The notes: generated from the letters alone by a model not told the origin. 61,342 bases of DNA, filler included, from Sphacelaria rigidula (GCA_964200075.2; 7 parts of 7 records of this genome joined end to end with filler, not necessarily neighbours in it); one strand, 5' to 3'. Counted from the first letter of the whole stretch, positions 38,810-53,237 are shown. Translations and numbers: made by a program.

Positions 38810-39152
38810 CTATCTGTTCTGGACGCCCGTCTCCACCATTCGGTATATATGGACGTATCATCCGGGATCACACGGAAGGAAGGTCAACCAAGATTTATAT
38901 TCTTGTTTCTTGTTCTAGAACTTCATCTTCCGTCTGCGGTGCTCGCCTTACTAATTCATCGTGAGAAGGGTTCAGCGGTCCCGTTCCCGCGTCGACCGAG
39001 AATTCGAATTTCGTGTACCCACAACAAAGTCGCTCTCCACTGCTGGGCATGATGTGAGAAAAAAACAAATCGTGTGACTTCACCGAGATCCGAATCAACA
39101 CCGCAACCGTCCCAAATTTCCGACGTAAACAACTGAGCCACCGGGGTGACCG
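38810..39152 (-). mobile_element. tRNA-derived SINE, diverged near-full-length copy
   Basis: Minus strand starts caccccggtggctcagttg; body homologous to 32151-32460. Confidence 0.65.
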
Positions 39153-41177
39153 GCGTGTACTCCATTTTACCTTCAATTCCCGTATGCCGAAAGGATTTCA
39201 GCAAGATACATTTTTCTGAGAACCAAAACCACCACAACTCAACTTTAGTCAAAATTCAACGATGTGCCGAGTGGATTTTAGACCGGTGAAATTGGCCGCG
39301 CGCATGATGTACCCCGGGATAAAGTCTGGTCCTACCACTACTCTGTTGTACTGTCTGTCCCGTGGTGCTTCATGATGCCAATGATTGTTGGAAATTGTTC
39401 GCGGATCATAAATTAAACGATAGATAGGCCCGTCCTTGATTGTACCGATACATTGCAGTGCAGTACAGACGATGTAGACCAGTAGAGACGTTTTGCCCGT
39501 TTCTACCGCCGGAAGAAATCGGCGGGGAGTCGATTTTCAGTAAATGGTCCGCACTGAGAATATGAGCGTAGTGTACAAGGGCGCACACTGAAATGAGTCC
39601 GACAGACAGGATATATCGTCAGAGTGCGGTAGATTGCGCTGCAGTTGTACCGCGCTGTGTGTACTGTTTGTCAGCAAGGGCGAGCACACAACACGGTCTG
39701 CTACAGCTTTACAACAGGGCATTCGACTACAAGACAGACAGTACAGTAGAGTTAAAGGGGATTGTGAACAGACAACACACGACAGACTTACGTGCCGCGA
39801 GTGAAAGTAACAGTACAGGCACTACAATGAACTGTACAGTACGACGGAACTGCAACAGCAACACGCTACTTTGAGTGCTCATATACACCGGGATAACATT
39901 GAGACGGCAGTACTCCGAGGAGCATAGAAGACGGAACGTGTTGAATGTGCAAAGGGAAATTGAGTTGCTTGCTGTCCAACATGGCTGCGGACGATTTCCC
40001 CATTTCTCACCAAACCTCTTCGACTGGTGTTTCGCTTGAGCGCGGGCTCGCCGGGAGGTGAACCTCCTGTACTCGACTGGACCATCGATACCAAGGAGTT
40101 ATCGTCGTCGGAATCCGACTCGGACAGGCTCATGCCCTGATTCGATGTGTGAGACCAATAGGCACGACAGGAAGCAACACGTGGACGACCGGGTAAAGGG
40201 GTAAACAGGGGATGGAAACAAGCACACTAGACGAGTCAATCAAGTAGGGTGCTACAGAACACACAGCACAGCACAAGCACGGGGCACAAGGTGATCACGT
40301 ACTTCAAATGCGTCCGACGTCCAACTGCAGGAGAGGTTACCTGTTGGAGCAATGATTCGCCGAAGTCTGGTACTTCATGATATCATCAATGCTATAGAAC
40401 ATCCGATGCAGTACTTGTACAGAGGCTGGCGATAACAGTATATTAAGAGGGAGGTGTGGGTCATCGTACTGGGACTTTGAGAACTTTGGTATCATTCCAA
40501 ACCAATATATAGGAGCATGATGACCAATAAGTACAACACCCAATATATCTTATATTTATGACCAAATAGCAGTGAGTTTGTAACTCCGCTGCTTCTTGCG
40601 GGTTCTGGTGTTTGATCCTCTGTTGCACTCTGCTTTAGCCGTTCTTCTGTACATGCTTTGCTGCACCGTAAGCTGTATTCCTATCATCAGCAATACTGCA
40701 TCATCAGCTCTGTGCAGAAATAGAATCACACAAAGAACACCCGCCTCAGTACTTTTGTACTTTGGCTCGGTTGCAGCCCCCTTCGCACAGAACGATCCAT
40801 CACGAGCGTAAGTCCGACTGCTGCTGCTCCTGGTGCTCCTGCTGCTACTAGCTATTTTCCCGTCTGTGATTGCTGTGCAATAGCGGTGGACAATCGATAA
40901 CGTTCTCAAGCATATGCAGAGAAACACACGGTATTCACCTCTCCGATACTCCTGTCGGGGCTCCTAGACGTGAACCCTGGCATGGTGGTGCTTCAATACT
41001 CTCTCCCTCTCTCCCTGTTCGCAGTGCACTTTGATTTTCACTTCAAAGGGCCCAAAGAGAAGGGCGGGTCATAAAAAAAAAAAGCGAGACTGTTTGGATC
41101 ATGACGAAAGGTAATTGTTTCCCAATAGAGTTGCTTTATTTCACAATTTGTACTGTTTTATTTTATTGCTTTCTTTG

Positions 41178-41200
41178 GCGCCCAGAATAAATGGGACGAC

Positions 41201-41271
<71 letters not shown>
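41178..41271 (+). repeat. SINE 3' end with expanded (CA)n microsatellite
   Basis: ggcgcccagaataaatgggacgacaa followed by ~34 CA units. Confidence 0.85.
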
Positions 41272-41274
<3 letters not shown>

Positions 41275-43888
41275 AACTTGGCAACTCAATTATCTGATCA
41301 TTCTCTGCGGAAAATCTCTACGGATTTAATGATGGCGGAATATTGATTCTCAATGAATCCGAGGGTAAGCCCAATGAAACCACATCACTTTCATTTCCAC
41401 ACGTACTCTGGTTTCAGACCCGCGACTGAAAAAACGTCAGCTCCCTCGCAATCCTCATCATCTCATCGTCACGACACTACAACCCTTTAACCTTGTCGGG
41501 AGCGATGAGGACGTGCGCCGTGCTTGCCGCTGCCGCTGGACTCGGCGGTGTTCCATCTACGTTTGGATTCGTCGTTCCACCCAGTGCCATCGGTGCGACA
41601 TCGGGCAAGGTCAGTGATTGAGCCTCCCTGGAATGTTGACCCAAATGTGCTACAATTACAAGGCACTTTTTTTTGCCAGCTACGCTGTACTGTGTTGACC
41701 AGCAGATATCCATCTGTAGGCTGTCTACCTCACTGTTCATATTCATAGCACATTGCCTCGCTTCTCATGTACTGCTCGCTGCTGAGGTTCAATACTGAGT
41801 TCAGAGTGGTGTTGACGGGTCGAGTGCTGGCGACTTTTGCTGCCGGGGAATCATGTCTTGTCGGACACCAAAGTTGTGGTTGTAGTACGGTGCATGCACC
41901 AGAACCGTACATACAAAACAGACAAACGGTGGTGCACCGTACTGTATTAGCTTCGACGTGTCATGTTTGTGTCATGTGAGCATGTCCACGACGGTGGATG
42001 TGCATACACTCCATTGCCATCATTCCTGGCATCCCCGACTATGTGCCAGCTGAAGTCAGGGCCGAAACAAATCTTCCCTGGCAGCTGGTCGTGTGTAATC
42101 TTTCTATTTTCTCAGTCTCTCCTCGCCCCCGATTCCGACCCGCGAAACGCTACACACGTCCGCGGAAACAACCAAAAACACTTGAGTTGACGTATGCGAA
42201 GGCTGACTGTACCGCGGTGGACCCTGCGCTGACGACGAGTATTCGGAAAAGTAAGGAACGAAGATGTCCCCTAAGCTGTGCCGTACGACGGGTCCTGGTC
42301 CATGTCGGGAAGAGAGCGGTTGTAGTAACGTGAACAGCAAACTCGTGATACTGGGTGAAGGGACGCTATCGCACCCGTCGCCTGTTTTACTCCACACTCG
42401 GAGTTCTCGCGACCATATCCCCACACGCTTGCGCGGGTGACGGGCAATTTTTGAGAGGCGGGTTCATGCGTTGTGGCGACTTTGATGGGCGTCTACATAC
42501 GGTACCCTGGCTTATAAAAGAAGAAGTCGTGCACTTCGCTGTACCCTCCGCACCAGGTACACGCCACTTTACTGCTTCATACACGGCATGTACGATTACC
42601 CGCATTTCAGTAGCACTACAGCTTCCGCGCACTTCATTGAGGTCCACGTGTCTCAGATACTTGACAGACGAAGACTACGCACTCGACCCGCAACGGGATC
42701 TCCCTTTCTCTATTACCCGAGGAATTCATCGGCTGTAACCGTCAGGGGTGGTCGTCTGCGCGTGCATCGTGTCCCATGGTACCTGAGCGAATTCCTCGAC
42801 AGCAGTCGTCACTTTCACATCCTGTTAACTAAATCGACGATACAAATGCGGTACCAGAGTCGAAATCATATATACTGCTGATAGTATCAAGAAGTGCGAT
42901 TTTCGATCGCTTATTGTACTCCAACACCCGCTACAAAAACAGTACTGCACCATCTCGGACGCACGAAAATTGCTGAGCACCCGTCCGTACAGTTGAACGC
43001 TCCACCGCTTGCAAACAAACGATCGTGATGAGCGTGACCCTCCCTGAAGATGCCAAGGTACACAGCGTTGTCCGCGCTACTGCTCAGTATGGTGACTAGA
43101 TCGTGTTCGTACCCTCGACCATGAGCGAGTGTGACGGCGGGCAGTCACCCTCAACCGCTCATGAAGTGCGCACATAAATGAGGGACTGATGCCGTAGTGC
43201 AACATTCCCATCGGCAGGTGATCCAAACCCCAAATCGATGGGAAACCGCGGCGTCCATACCGCAGGGATTTTTCGTAAGTCGAGAGCTCTCGGTGAGCCG
43301 TAATGTTCCGCATATCTCGGGAGCGCGTGGTTGTCGGTTTTCAGATATGTTCGTGAAGGATGATATGGGAAGTTCAACACGGGCGTGTTATACCCCGTAT
43401 TCACGCGCGGCACTTCGACAATTTCACAGGGCTGTGAACTGGCTGCTCTGGCCAGTCAAGTTTCAACTGGCCGCGCCAGCGGCCAGTACATCGATTGTTT
43501 TCCAGTTAATCGGCGCCGATTTACTGGATAACAATCGGCGGCGAGCGGCGGAGCCGCGAGCCGCCAACGGCCCCCCCACGGCTGGCGAGGGGGCTCCGCG
43601 GGAGCGGTGCCGTAGGCGAGAAAAATTGCGTTTTTTGGCTTGTTCTGCTTCAAAAATGTGGAAAATTGTAGAAAATGTGACCCCACCTACTGAGGAGTTG
43701 AAAGTCTCACATGACATAGAAGCGTCCAAAAAAAAAGTCCGAGACCCTGCGTATCCCCCCCCCTCCCCCGGCGGTCGTAGGATTTTTTNNNNNNNNNNNN
43801 NNNNNNNNNNNNNNNNNNNNNNNNNNNNNNNNTTAATTAATTAANNNNNNNNNNNNNNNNNNNNNNNNNNNNNNNNNNNNNNNNNNNN

Positions 43889-43934
43889 GGTAGGTAGGTA
43901 GGTAGGTAGGTAGGTAGGTAGGTAGGTAGGTAGG
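43889..43934. repeat. (GGTA)n microsatellite at contig start
   Basis: Directly visible. Confidence 0.95.
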
Positions 43935-44681
43935 CAGGAAACCCCCCGCCCGCCCGCCCCCCAGATACCAACAGTAATAAACGGTCTGAACAAATGCTCC
44001 CACCGTATTATAAAGATCCGCCTCTTCGATCGTCACCGATATCATCACCGACTCCATGTCATCATCTTCACCCACCGCCCCGCACGTAGCCCCTCGTTAC
44101 CCCCTTTCATTATAGTTATCTGAGCACCTCTCCAAAACGATAGTTTCACACCTGTTTGATCTCATATTCATTGGCTACAGTCGGTTACGCCTTATGATGT
44201 GAAGAAGATGAACGGTGCCTTGTATCGCGGGCACTGCCATTAACCACCTGGCACGCAACCACACAAACATGAGCACGCGGGTGGCACACGGGTGACACGA
44301 GGCGGCGCGGAACCTCGGTATTGAAAAACGCCTCTTCACCTCATGAGCTAGTTTGCCTCCCCGTATTTCGTAATGAGGCGTTTTGTGATCTCCAATTCAT
44401 CTTGTCTTGAATGTTCCTTCTTCTCTCTCTTCTAGTCAGATCTACGACTGCGCTGTCTTTTGTTGAACAACGCCCCGTACCTCATCCTCGGTACCCGTCC
44501 TTTGCGTTTCCCTTTCAGATTTCCCGACCGCGTCAACACATCGGATTATCACTTTGCTTGATATCGGAGCTCGTTAACTAGCAAGTACTTCCTGCGTCAG
44601 GCGGCGGCGACGGCAGCGGCGTATTTATCAAGAAACAATAAGAGTTTAGTCACCAGTACCACCAGCGCCACCAACTGCAAC

Positions 44682-44744
44682 ATGGGGAGAGACAAAGCTA
44701 CTTCGCAACTCGAGGACTATGCCAAGGCACAGACCAACACCGGG
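44682..44744 (+). CDS. CAT: Catalase exon 1
   Basis: MGRDKATSQLEDYAKAQTNTG resembles the small-subunit catalase N-terminus (RDxAxxQ); donor GGG|GTATGT, phase 0. Confidence 0.7.
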
Positions 44745-45846
44745 GTATGTCCTGACATGACGTTTTTTTTTCTACGATTCTTTGCTTTTGTCGTGTGTCT
44801 GCCCCTATGCTCCTTTCTGCTTTCATGCCGAGCTTATATCAGACGGAAGGTTTCACTAGACCGCATGTTCATATTTCGGAGTATAACACCCCCTAGGTGA
44901 CGGTAATTCAATCTGAGTTTTTCCAGCGAGTGCTGATGTAACAGCGCCGAAGGATCACGAGAAACGAGTCATCTTGATAAAACACGTCAGTAGATATGGC
45001 TTACTTTGACTTAACTGCTGCAGACACGAAGAAATCCATGTCGAAAAAATCATCACCTTCAGGGGGTGCTCTGCTCCATCACGTTGTACGTCAGCGGTTT
45101 GGCATTCCGCTGAACCTCAGCATGCTATAAAGCTAGGTTGTGATCTCCCTCCTCTTCCCACCCCCCGCCTCCCCCAGTGAAAGCTACAGGTTTATTTCGT
45201 GGTTATAGACAGGGGAGGATGGAGGTGGTATACGTGAATACGTGGAATACCGTACCTGAGCATGTGCTGGGGTGTTTTTTGGAACATTGAAACGCGACTT
45301 GAACACCTTTCCCCCCTTGTTTTCTCGAGGTCAGTAACTTCCCGCCTCGGTTCCACCGCTGCTCCGTGGTTTCCAATGTCGACTACATCGCCAAGTATTA
45401 CAATCGGTTGCGCTGTGCTGTGTGGGTGTCTTCAGTCGCTGTACTCCCTCTGCACGGTACTTTATACTACAGCTGCGTTCGCCTATTGCGGTCGCTCTGA
45501 GCATGAAGAGGCAGCGGGATTGTACTGACTAACATGCGAACACCTTCGCAGAACTGCTTTACGGATCGAGACGGTACATGTTCAACTACTGTTGTCTCTA
45601 CACTGATGGCTGTATATTCCACGACTTTCAACGTACCACACGTCGGGCATCTCATGAACTACCTCAATATTACTTTGTAGTAGTGTACTGATACGGATCA
45701 TGAGTTATCATGGCTCGTTCGGGCACTTTTTTCCATATTTGCTCCCGACAGCGCGGGACCGAGCATGCGGACTAGCGCGAAGGTAGCGCTTCTGCTTCTC
45801 AGACCCCGCTGTCGCGTATTTTGTGTTTTTGAACGAAAGATTTAAA

Positions 45847-46747
45847 CCCTTGGACGACGAGCGTCGCCTCGGAACAGTTGTACAGGCTGACGGTCCCGAG
45901 ACATCCGGGGGGTTCCGGGGCTCGGGGGGGGTGGTTTTTGAGGAGGGGGGTGTCTCTCCGCGGAGCAGTGGAGAAGCCCACGGAGTCAACCATGTGTGCT
46001 TGGAAATTTCTCGCGGAAAGTTATGAGCCGTGCACGAGGCCTGAGTGGCGCGGGTTGACCGTTCTGACCAACCACGGTCGTCAAAATGAGCACTTTTGTT
46101 TCGGTAGAGGTAGACAGCTGGTAGACACATTTGCCGTCTATCCTCAAATCTCATTTTGATCATGCCAAATCAACCATGGATTATATAACCAAAAAGCAGG
46201 TGTCCAAGCATCTTCGGTACACTACAGCGTCTGTCTGTTCAGTACTGCCTGAGCGTCCCACTAGCTCCACACCTCCATCTGCTATAAAACGTCATGGCGC
46301 AACACGCGAGCGGCGGCCCCGAGTATCCTACGCACGTAGATGTAGACAAGTACTTCGACGGTGAGGCGACCGCCATCGCCGAGCAATTGCTGTACGGTAG
46401 TCAGGGGCGCCCGCGGCGGTAGTCATGGTGCGATATCCAAACGCACGCTGCGTACACTCGGCACGTTCAACACTGAAAGATCTAGTACCTGCGTACGCTG
46501 CAGACCGCACGTGCAGCCGCGGCACGATACACCAAAGAGTGCCCAGCAAAAATATGAGGCGTAATAATCAGGTGGTCGACAACCATACTAGCGTCTGTGT
46601 TATGACGCTCACAACTATGTGCCTCGTATGCACTCCCGGTCCCTTCCGCCGTAGAGTGGTTCTGAGTTGTGCACAAAAGAATGGTTCTGAACCCCAAAAG
46701 TGGAGTGTTTACCTCAGTCTACCAGCGGGAGGGTCGCCGTCTAAGGG
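45847..46747. mobile_element. ~900 bp piggyBac-like element in catalase intron 1
   Basis: Reverse-complement copy of 37868-38754; CCCTTGGACGACG ... CGCCGTCTAAGGG. Confidence 0.8.
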
Positions 46748-47759
46748 TTGAGAGTCCTCTTCGACGACTTATTTTGGGTAGCTCATGAGCTGTCCGACGT
46801 TTGCAATGTACCGAGTGATGTACTACTGTGCTGTTGTGTCCTGCGCTGGCCTGTGCTGTACATGCTGCCCAGTACGGTGCAGTGCAGAACTACGGCACTC
46901 CACCAACCGCGCAGCCTTGACTCATATGTGGTAACGTCGTCGGGTGCCATAGTTGAAGGTGTACTGAGTGTTGTAGGTATACTGCGGCTACATACAGCCT
47001 GCATGAAAGTGTCTTGGTATCGAGCTGGTGTGCGCGTTTACCCATCGTCGTGTCCATCATCCGAACCGACCGAGCAGGTGAACGCACGGAGGTGTTATAC
47101 CACGATGTGCCACCACTGCCTACACCTCTCTCGTCTGCGCTATCCAATACTTGCTCGTACTCGGCTTTCGAGTTTGTGCATTTACAAGCACCTGCTAACA
47201 GTGCAGCTGTGTGCGGGGGCGCATTCTCCCCAAATGTTAGCACCTCCCGAATGTGAGTGCTCACACAATAATTGCGGACCTCACAGAACCAAGACTCCGG
47301 TCGTGCAGCCGCTCCACTTCTTCAAAGTTTGACGGACTCTGGCTCACAACTGTGCTGCCTGCACTCGAACAAAAAACTGACTGGCTTCGCAGGCCGCCGT
47401 CCCGTACGTACGCCAGCGCGCCTGCCTACCAAATGACAAGCTCTCGGGGCATTAACTGACAATCACTTCGATATTCGTCATCACCGACAACGGCATTCCA
47501 AGCACTGACCTGTACCCTCCGAGACCCTGTTCAGCACTCATCTCGAAACGAATGATGTCTCAATGTTCACTGTCCCTTGGTCATCTCTCAGATCGGCATC
47601 AATTTCACTTGAAAAATGTGTACACGACCCGGACGCACTACCCTTCAAGGGTTAGATTTTATTTCGTCGTTTGACTAGAAATTATTTCGCTCCGACTGAA
47701 CTCATGTTCTCCCGTGACTGGGGAATATTTCGCATTTTTTATTTCCTGTTTCAAAGCAG

Positions 47760-47843
47760 ACCATGACCGGGAGCAACGGACGGCCGCTAGAGACCCTCAC
47801 GGAGTCAATGACTGCTGGAGCTGGAGGACCAATCACCATCCAG
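47760..47843 (+). CDS. CAT: Catalase exon 2 (rest of gene not found in contig)
   Basis: Pyrimidine tract + cag|TMTGSNGRPLETLTESMTAGAGGPITIQ|gtacga matches the catalase LTTxxGxP...S/TxTAGxxGPxxxQD motif; in phase with exon 1. Confidence 0.8.
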
Positions 47844-49367
47844 GTACGATGGATCATCCTGTTGTTCCTGTTGTACACCGATCATCCTTTCGGAATAGTG
47901 GATTACTGCACTGTTTCCTCGCATTACATAATAAGCGATATACACGAGTTCTTATTCTGGGGCAAGGGTTGGGTGCGAGAGTAGTTGGTGAAATCTAAGA
48001 CGAATGCCCCCTCCCCCGACGAGGCACCTCCTCTGTGTAGTTCAACGGCCAGGAGAGATCCAGGAAAAATCGAGGAGAATAAGTGCTGGACGAGATACTA
48101 ATCACGAGGGTTTGCCTGGCCATGTCTGAATACCCTCGGGATCAATCAGTGTGCCACAAATTCACGAGAAAACGTCAACTGACAAAAAAATTCTTAGAAG
48201 TATTTGTTTTGTGTGTGGATTATATCAGTTGATTCTGCGAGTCATGTGACTGCTGGTGCATCAATGACGCGTCGATTGTCGAAAGTGATGTAATGCCGGG
48301 CCGCGCGGGTCAGGAACGACCCCACATGTATGCCGTAGAACATGGGCGTAGTTGTTGGCTGCATGGCCCATGCTACTGGGAAAGATGGTGTTATAGACGA
48401 GATGTGCATACAAGATACCACAAACCCGCCAGTTGTCACAAACATGGTGCCACGGGTAGCTTGTCAGTACGTGGGCTAGTCAGAGATCCCGCATGTTGGC
48501 GACACCAGTTTGCAATTTTGTACCAGTGATTTCCAACTTTACTAACCCGACCCGCTAACTCAAGACTCGGGCCCCTCTACTATTCCCGCCATCCCGATCC
48601 TGTCAACCCGTGGACTGTTTTTTTTTTTTTCAATCCGCCGTCCGGGCTATGGTCATGCTCCTCATCCCGGATGTCGACACCCAACGCTCACAGTCTGTCG
48701 GTCCATGTCCAGTCCCAAGCCCCCGCATCTGCCGCAAGGCTCATCAACTCCAAGTGCATGTCGCATTTCCAGACCCTCCGTACACCCCACATCGAGTTAG
48801 AAACTATGACTGACATGCCCTCTGTCGTGAGTAAGATGGAACGCACCCACCGTCCAGGAGCCGCGTGTTTACATCAAAACTGTCGAAGAGGCCCACGCCC
48901 CAAATTGCGAGGTTGTGTACTGTAAGGTTTACTCGGAAGTGGGGGGGTTCCTGGTTGGCATACTAGACTGTACCGGAATGTGTATAGTACATTCCAAGGT
49001 TCGGACGAAGACATGATTCGTCTGGAAATTACTTGATTTTAGTGTCATTAATTCCTACCGTACGAATCAATTCTTAGACTTTGTTTTCAGCATTGCAACC
49101 CAAATACGCACAGCCCAGGCACGTGTAATGGCGCAAAAATTGCGTGGAGACCTTTTTGACATGCGGTCGGCTTTTTTCTCTCCTTCAAGCAGCCAGGTCT
49201 GATTTCCCGCGGAATCCGTGATTCCAACCGATGATGATTCGTCCGAACCGTGTTACATCCCGGAATGATCCGGCAGGGTACGAGTATCGAGTCGTGTTCC
49301 GAATAATCCCGTATGGTTCAGAAGGGTATTTACCGATTGCATATCCATTTTATACTTGTATAAATAC

Positions 49368-49504
49368 CACACCCTGGACGAAAAAATTATAGTAAAAAAA
49401 TGTACTGCGTACAGTATAGAATTTATTGTCTGTTGCAACAGGCGCAATACCCCATACTGCACGCCGTACATTTTTTTACTGTGTATTCTTTTGTCCAGAG
49501 TATG
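49368..49504. mobile_element. Second copy of the ~138 bp hAT-type MITE
   Basis: CACACCCTGGAC ... GTCCAGAGTATG, interior homologous to 4578-4715; TSD not preserved. Confidence 0.75.
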
Positions 49505-52453
49505 GCGAATGTGCGATTCTTGGCCAGTATACCCTACAGAACACTACCATGCAAAATCGCGAGAAACGATGATCGGTCACGATATCTCCGGTGTAAAGGC
49601 GTCAAGCTGTGAAACTTTCAAACATTAACGCAGCGTTCGGGTAAAAACCTCATGACGTGACAGCCGTTATGGCCTACTCGTATTTGTTTGTGAGTCCACC
49701 ATCAAGTCCGCGAATGTGGTAAGTTATCCACAGAAATGCATACTTTTTCTTTTCAAGAAGTGTTCCCATGCTTGTTGTCCAAGCGAACACAGTCGATTGA
49801 CTGACTCCACACCCCGAAAACAAGCACGGTAGAGGAAATTGATACGCGGAGTCTTCCTGTAATCATGTTTCAACGTGTTGTCGACCAGAGAGTAAAGGCA
49901 ACACCTATATGACCAATATACCATCAGACATGGATAAGGAAGGAAGGAAGGACGGAAGGATTACACCGACAAGACGACGGCTAAGAACGTGGAACTTGGA
50001 AACTTCACAAGGTTATGCGCGTTGGTAGCTGTGTGCTGTCGGCTGTCAGTCGCGAGATTTTTCCTCTTTTTTGGCGAAAAAAAAAGGGGGGGGGGGGGAA
50101 GAGAAGGGAGAAACATACTTTCACAAGACAAACGGAATTTTCGTATTTTGCCTCAGGCCAGAGCTCTCTTCGCAAAAATCCGCTCTCTCCCCATGATGAG
50201 CTCATCATCACAAGCCAAGGAGGAACGATTTTGTCATCTCAGTCCCACCCACCGGTCCATTTGACGACTAAATTGGCGCATGAAAATATGAACGGGGGGC
50301 GCTTGGGGATCGATTGGTCCACGCCGACAGCATGAGGGAAGGTACTGATGCTCCCACAGGGCGCCTGCAGGCCCGTCCTTGTGGCTGGCGACTCATATAT
50401 ATATATATATATATATCGGATGGAAACGATGATGTGGATGAAAATATGAGTAAAATTGCGCGCTTTACAAGGGGTCAAAGATGTTAGTAGTCTTCCTCCG
50501 CACGAGGCCCTTGTGTTGGTCCAGCCGGCCACAGGGGAAGTCGTGGTACATACGACCCGTCGCCCCCTCACGACAAACAGCACACGTTGTACAGCTCATG
50601 GGCAAAACCTAAAATAGGTAATCGAACAGGACTCCTGGATCCGTTGTCCAAGAACGCAAAATACGTCACAGCAGGGTCTGAGAAGTCAAAGCGCTACCTT
50701 TGCGCTACTGCGCGTACCCGGCGAACAGCGCTGTAGGGAGCAAATGTGGGAAATGGGGCCACATGAGCTACTGTATTATGATAGCTCATGATCCGGATCA
50801 TTATACCAACAAAAAGCAAATGTTCTTGTCCTTCTGTCGGCGAAAGGAACCGAATTACATCACCTCATTCACAACCAGATTCACCACAATTTTGGTGCTC
50901 TCATGGTCGCGCTGGGAAACTCGCATAGATCCGACGGAGGTTCCGGTTAAACCTTATGGAACTTGCGAGAAACAGTGTAAACTTCCGTATGCGAACTTTC
51001 GTCACCGGAAAACGTTACTTCGAGTTGGGCGCACGAATCTGTCACATGAGGATACTTGAATTTAGAGTGGTGCACCTTTCTGGTGGGTTGCATCATCAGC
51101 AGCTGCAGAAAAAACAACCATATATTTCCCAAGAAAACGTCAATCATAAGTCGCCATTTTCCCATCAACGGTTCCAAAAAGGGTTGGTCATCAGGAATTG
51201 CTACATTTGGAGATCGAGAGGGTTTTGACTTTGCTCATGTCGAGACCAATAGTCATCTGTTTGAAGAGACACATTATCGTCATGAGGGAGAGATGAACTT
51301 GCTCTTACGAGATTGCGGACTGTCCCCGTGAAGAGGGAGGGACGGCGTCAAAATATGCCGGAGAAATCAAGAAATGGCACCGGTGCTTCTGTGTTGCATA
51401 ATATAGATCACATTGTCATAACATGAACCGTTCTGCGTGCAGTAGGAATCTGCTGTCTAATGCAATAGGAGCAGCAGTCGATACTGTACGTAGTACACTT
51501 CTTGACAATGCAATTCATCAACGAGGGCTGCGAGTCGGGTAGGGGTATACCCGATATTGCGATATTTTGAGAAGTAGAGATCCGACCGATGCCCACAGCA
51601 GCAGCCAACCCAGTGCTGTTGTTTTATTATTATCATTGTTTTATTTGTCGCACTTTGAACCCCTCCCCTTCCTCGGGACAAGTCTGTGGTCTCAAGGGAT
51701 CAACCCGTCTCTCCCCGGCTGTTGCCCCGTCTACAGCCTGTGCAAGTCATCGTGACGGACTTGGACAGGTAGTGTGCGACTTTTCAAAATACCAAAATAT
51801 CGGGTATATACCCCACCCAACACGCCCTTGCACTCCATTTTCCAGGGTGTTAACATCACACCCTCCCTCCACAGGGTGTCCCGCCGCTCCCCAACCCCCT
51901 AACCACCACGGTAAGTCATCTCCGTCTTACATTCTCCGGGTGATCACAACGGTGCCCCGGAGTTCACGATTGGCCCACCCTGGCAGTCAAAGGGCCGACT
52001 CATTCTTGTAGATGAGGGGATGCATGGCTATGCTCAAGCTGTACCGCACATGAAAGCTCGTGTTTTGTGCATGTGCACCACCGCTCTCAATGCCGTCAAG
52101 TAATGTCTTCGTGAGATCGAGAGTAGAGGATACGACTGAAAGTGAAAAGCGATCAATTTAGTGAAAGAATCGTTTCAGTTCCGAAATGCTCCCGAAGGAC
52201 ACCCGATATGCCTCCTGTAGTAGCTTGCCACTGAGGCCCTCGATATCCTCGAGTAGGGTATCGACGTGTAGCTATAAGCACACGCTAGTGAGGAAGCAAA
52301 GAGAACCACCCACGGAATAAAAATGGTTAAGTTAAAGCGAATGATCAAAGCCACTCTCAATCAGCGCTCTACTTTCAATCTCACGAATATGTTGTTGTCA
52401 GTGTCTCAAACGTAACACATATACGCACATTGTCCCCTTTACGTGCTGAGTTT

Positions 52454-52565
52454 GTTACGCTCGCAGGTAACCAATGCGTGTTAGTCTAGCATGTAGAGGG
52501 AGGGGGGGGGCGGTGTACTCATCATCATGCTAGACTAACACGCATTGGTTACCTGCGAGCGTAAC
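52454..52565. repeat. Perfect 40-bp inverted repeat ending at the contig end
   Basis: 52454-52493 is the exact reverse complement of 52526-52565. Confidence 0.85.
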
Positions 52566-52665
52566 NNNNNNNNNNNNNNNNNNNNNNNNNNNNNNNNNNN
52601 NNNNNNNNNTTAATTAATTAANNNNNNNNNNNNNNNNNNNNNNNNNNNNNNNNNNNNNNNNNNNN

Positions 52666-52738
52666 CGCTCCGGGAATCGAACCCCCCCAACTCAACCGTC
52701 AGAAGGTTACGAGGTTACCAACTGAGCCACCGGGGTGA
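52666..52738 (-). mobile_element. tRNA-derived SINE head with intact Pol III boxes
   Basis: Minus strand TGGCTCAGTTGG (A box) and GGTTCGATTCC (B box); matches the head at 32151. Confidence 0.7.
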
Positions 52739-53237
52739 TGTACCCCTCAGTTTTGCGACGACCGCAAGTACTGCGGGTATGATCAATACCCACGGTGGTT
52801 TCCACGCGTTAGTGCTTGGAGGGATGGGATGCTGGGCTGTCAGCATCCCGAGTGATTTTCCTGCTGCATTCTGAGGCATATGATGACTGATGATGTGGTT
52901 GTCCAGGGAAAAAGTCGATGGGATTTTTGTTCTTCTTACGTTGTCCCGGTTTCCGACAGTGGCGTGAGGCCTCTACATCTACATGTTGGTACGGAATTAG
53001 CGTACGTTCGGTCATCGTAGTACAAGGCAAGTGCGAACTGTGGTCAGAGAATAGCGTATTGTATGTCTAATGTATATGCTGTCTCCCTCGGTTGTCTCAT
53101 TTCTCGCTCCCTCGTCCCACAACATTTTCCATATGTCTCTCTGTTTCTCGTGCTCTCTCTTGCTCTATTTCTGCTTGTCGCTCCCTTTCTCTCTTTCTCC
53201 CGAGGTCACTGGTCATATGACTACGGCGTGCAAGATC

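Noticed and set aside
39879-40133. Minus-strand ORF MSLSESDSDDD... as a gene exon
   Set aside because: No homology or splice context I can support.
48600-48900. LINE 3' fragments here and at ~53430-53640
   Set aside because: Only faint resemblance; too degenerate to call.
52454-52565. Perfect hairpin as a functional RNA
   Set aside because: The right arm ends exactly at the contig end, consistent with an assembly break at an inverted repeat; function cannot be argued.
8679-52665. Regular 8.78 kb periodicity of TTAATTAATTAA within N runs
   Set aside because: Artificial spacers joining contigs, probably sorted by length; not biological and not evidence of linkage.
52666-52738. tRNA gene
   Set aside because: Has A/B boxes but no convincing cloverleaf, and the same head is attached to a SINE body at 32151.
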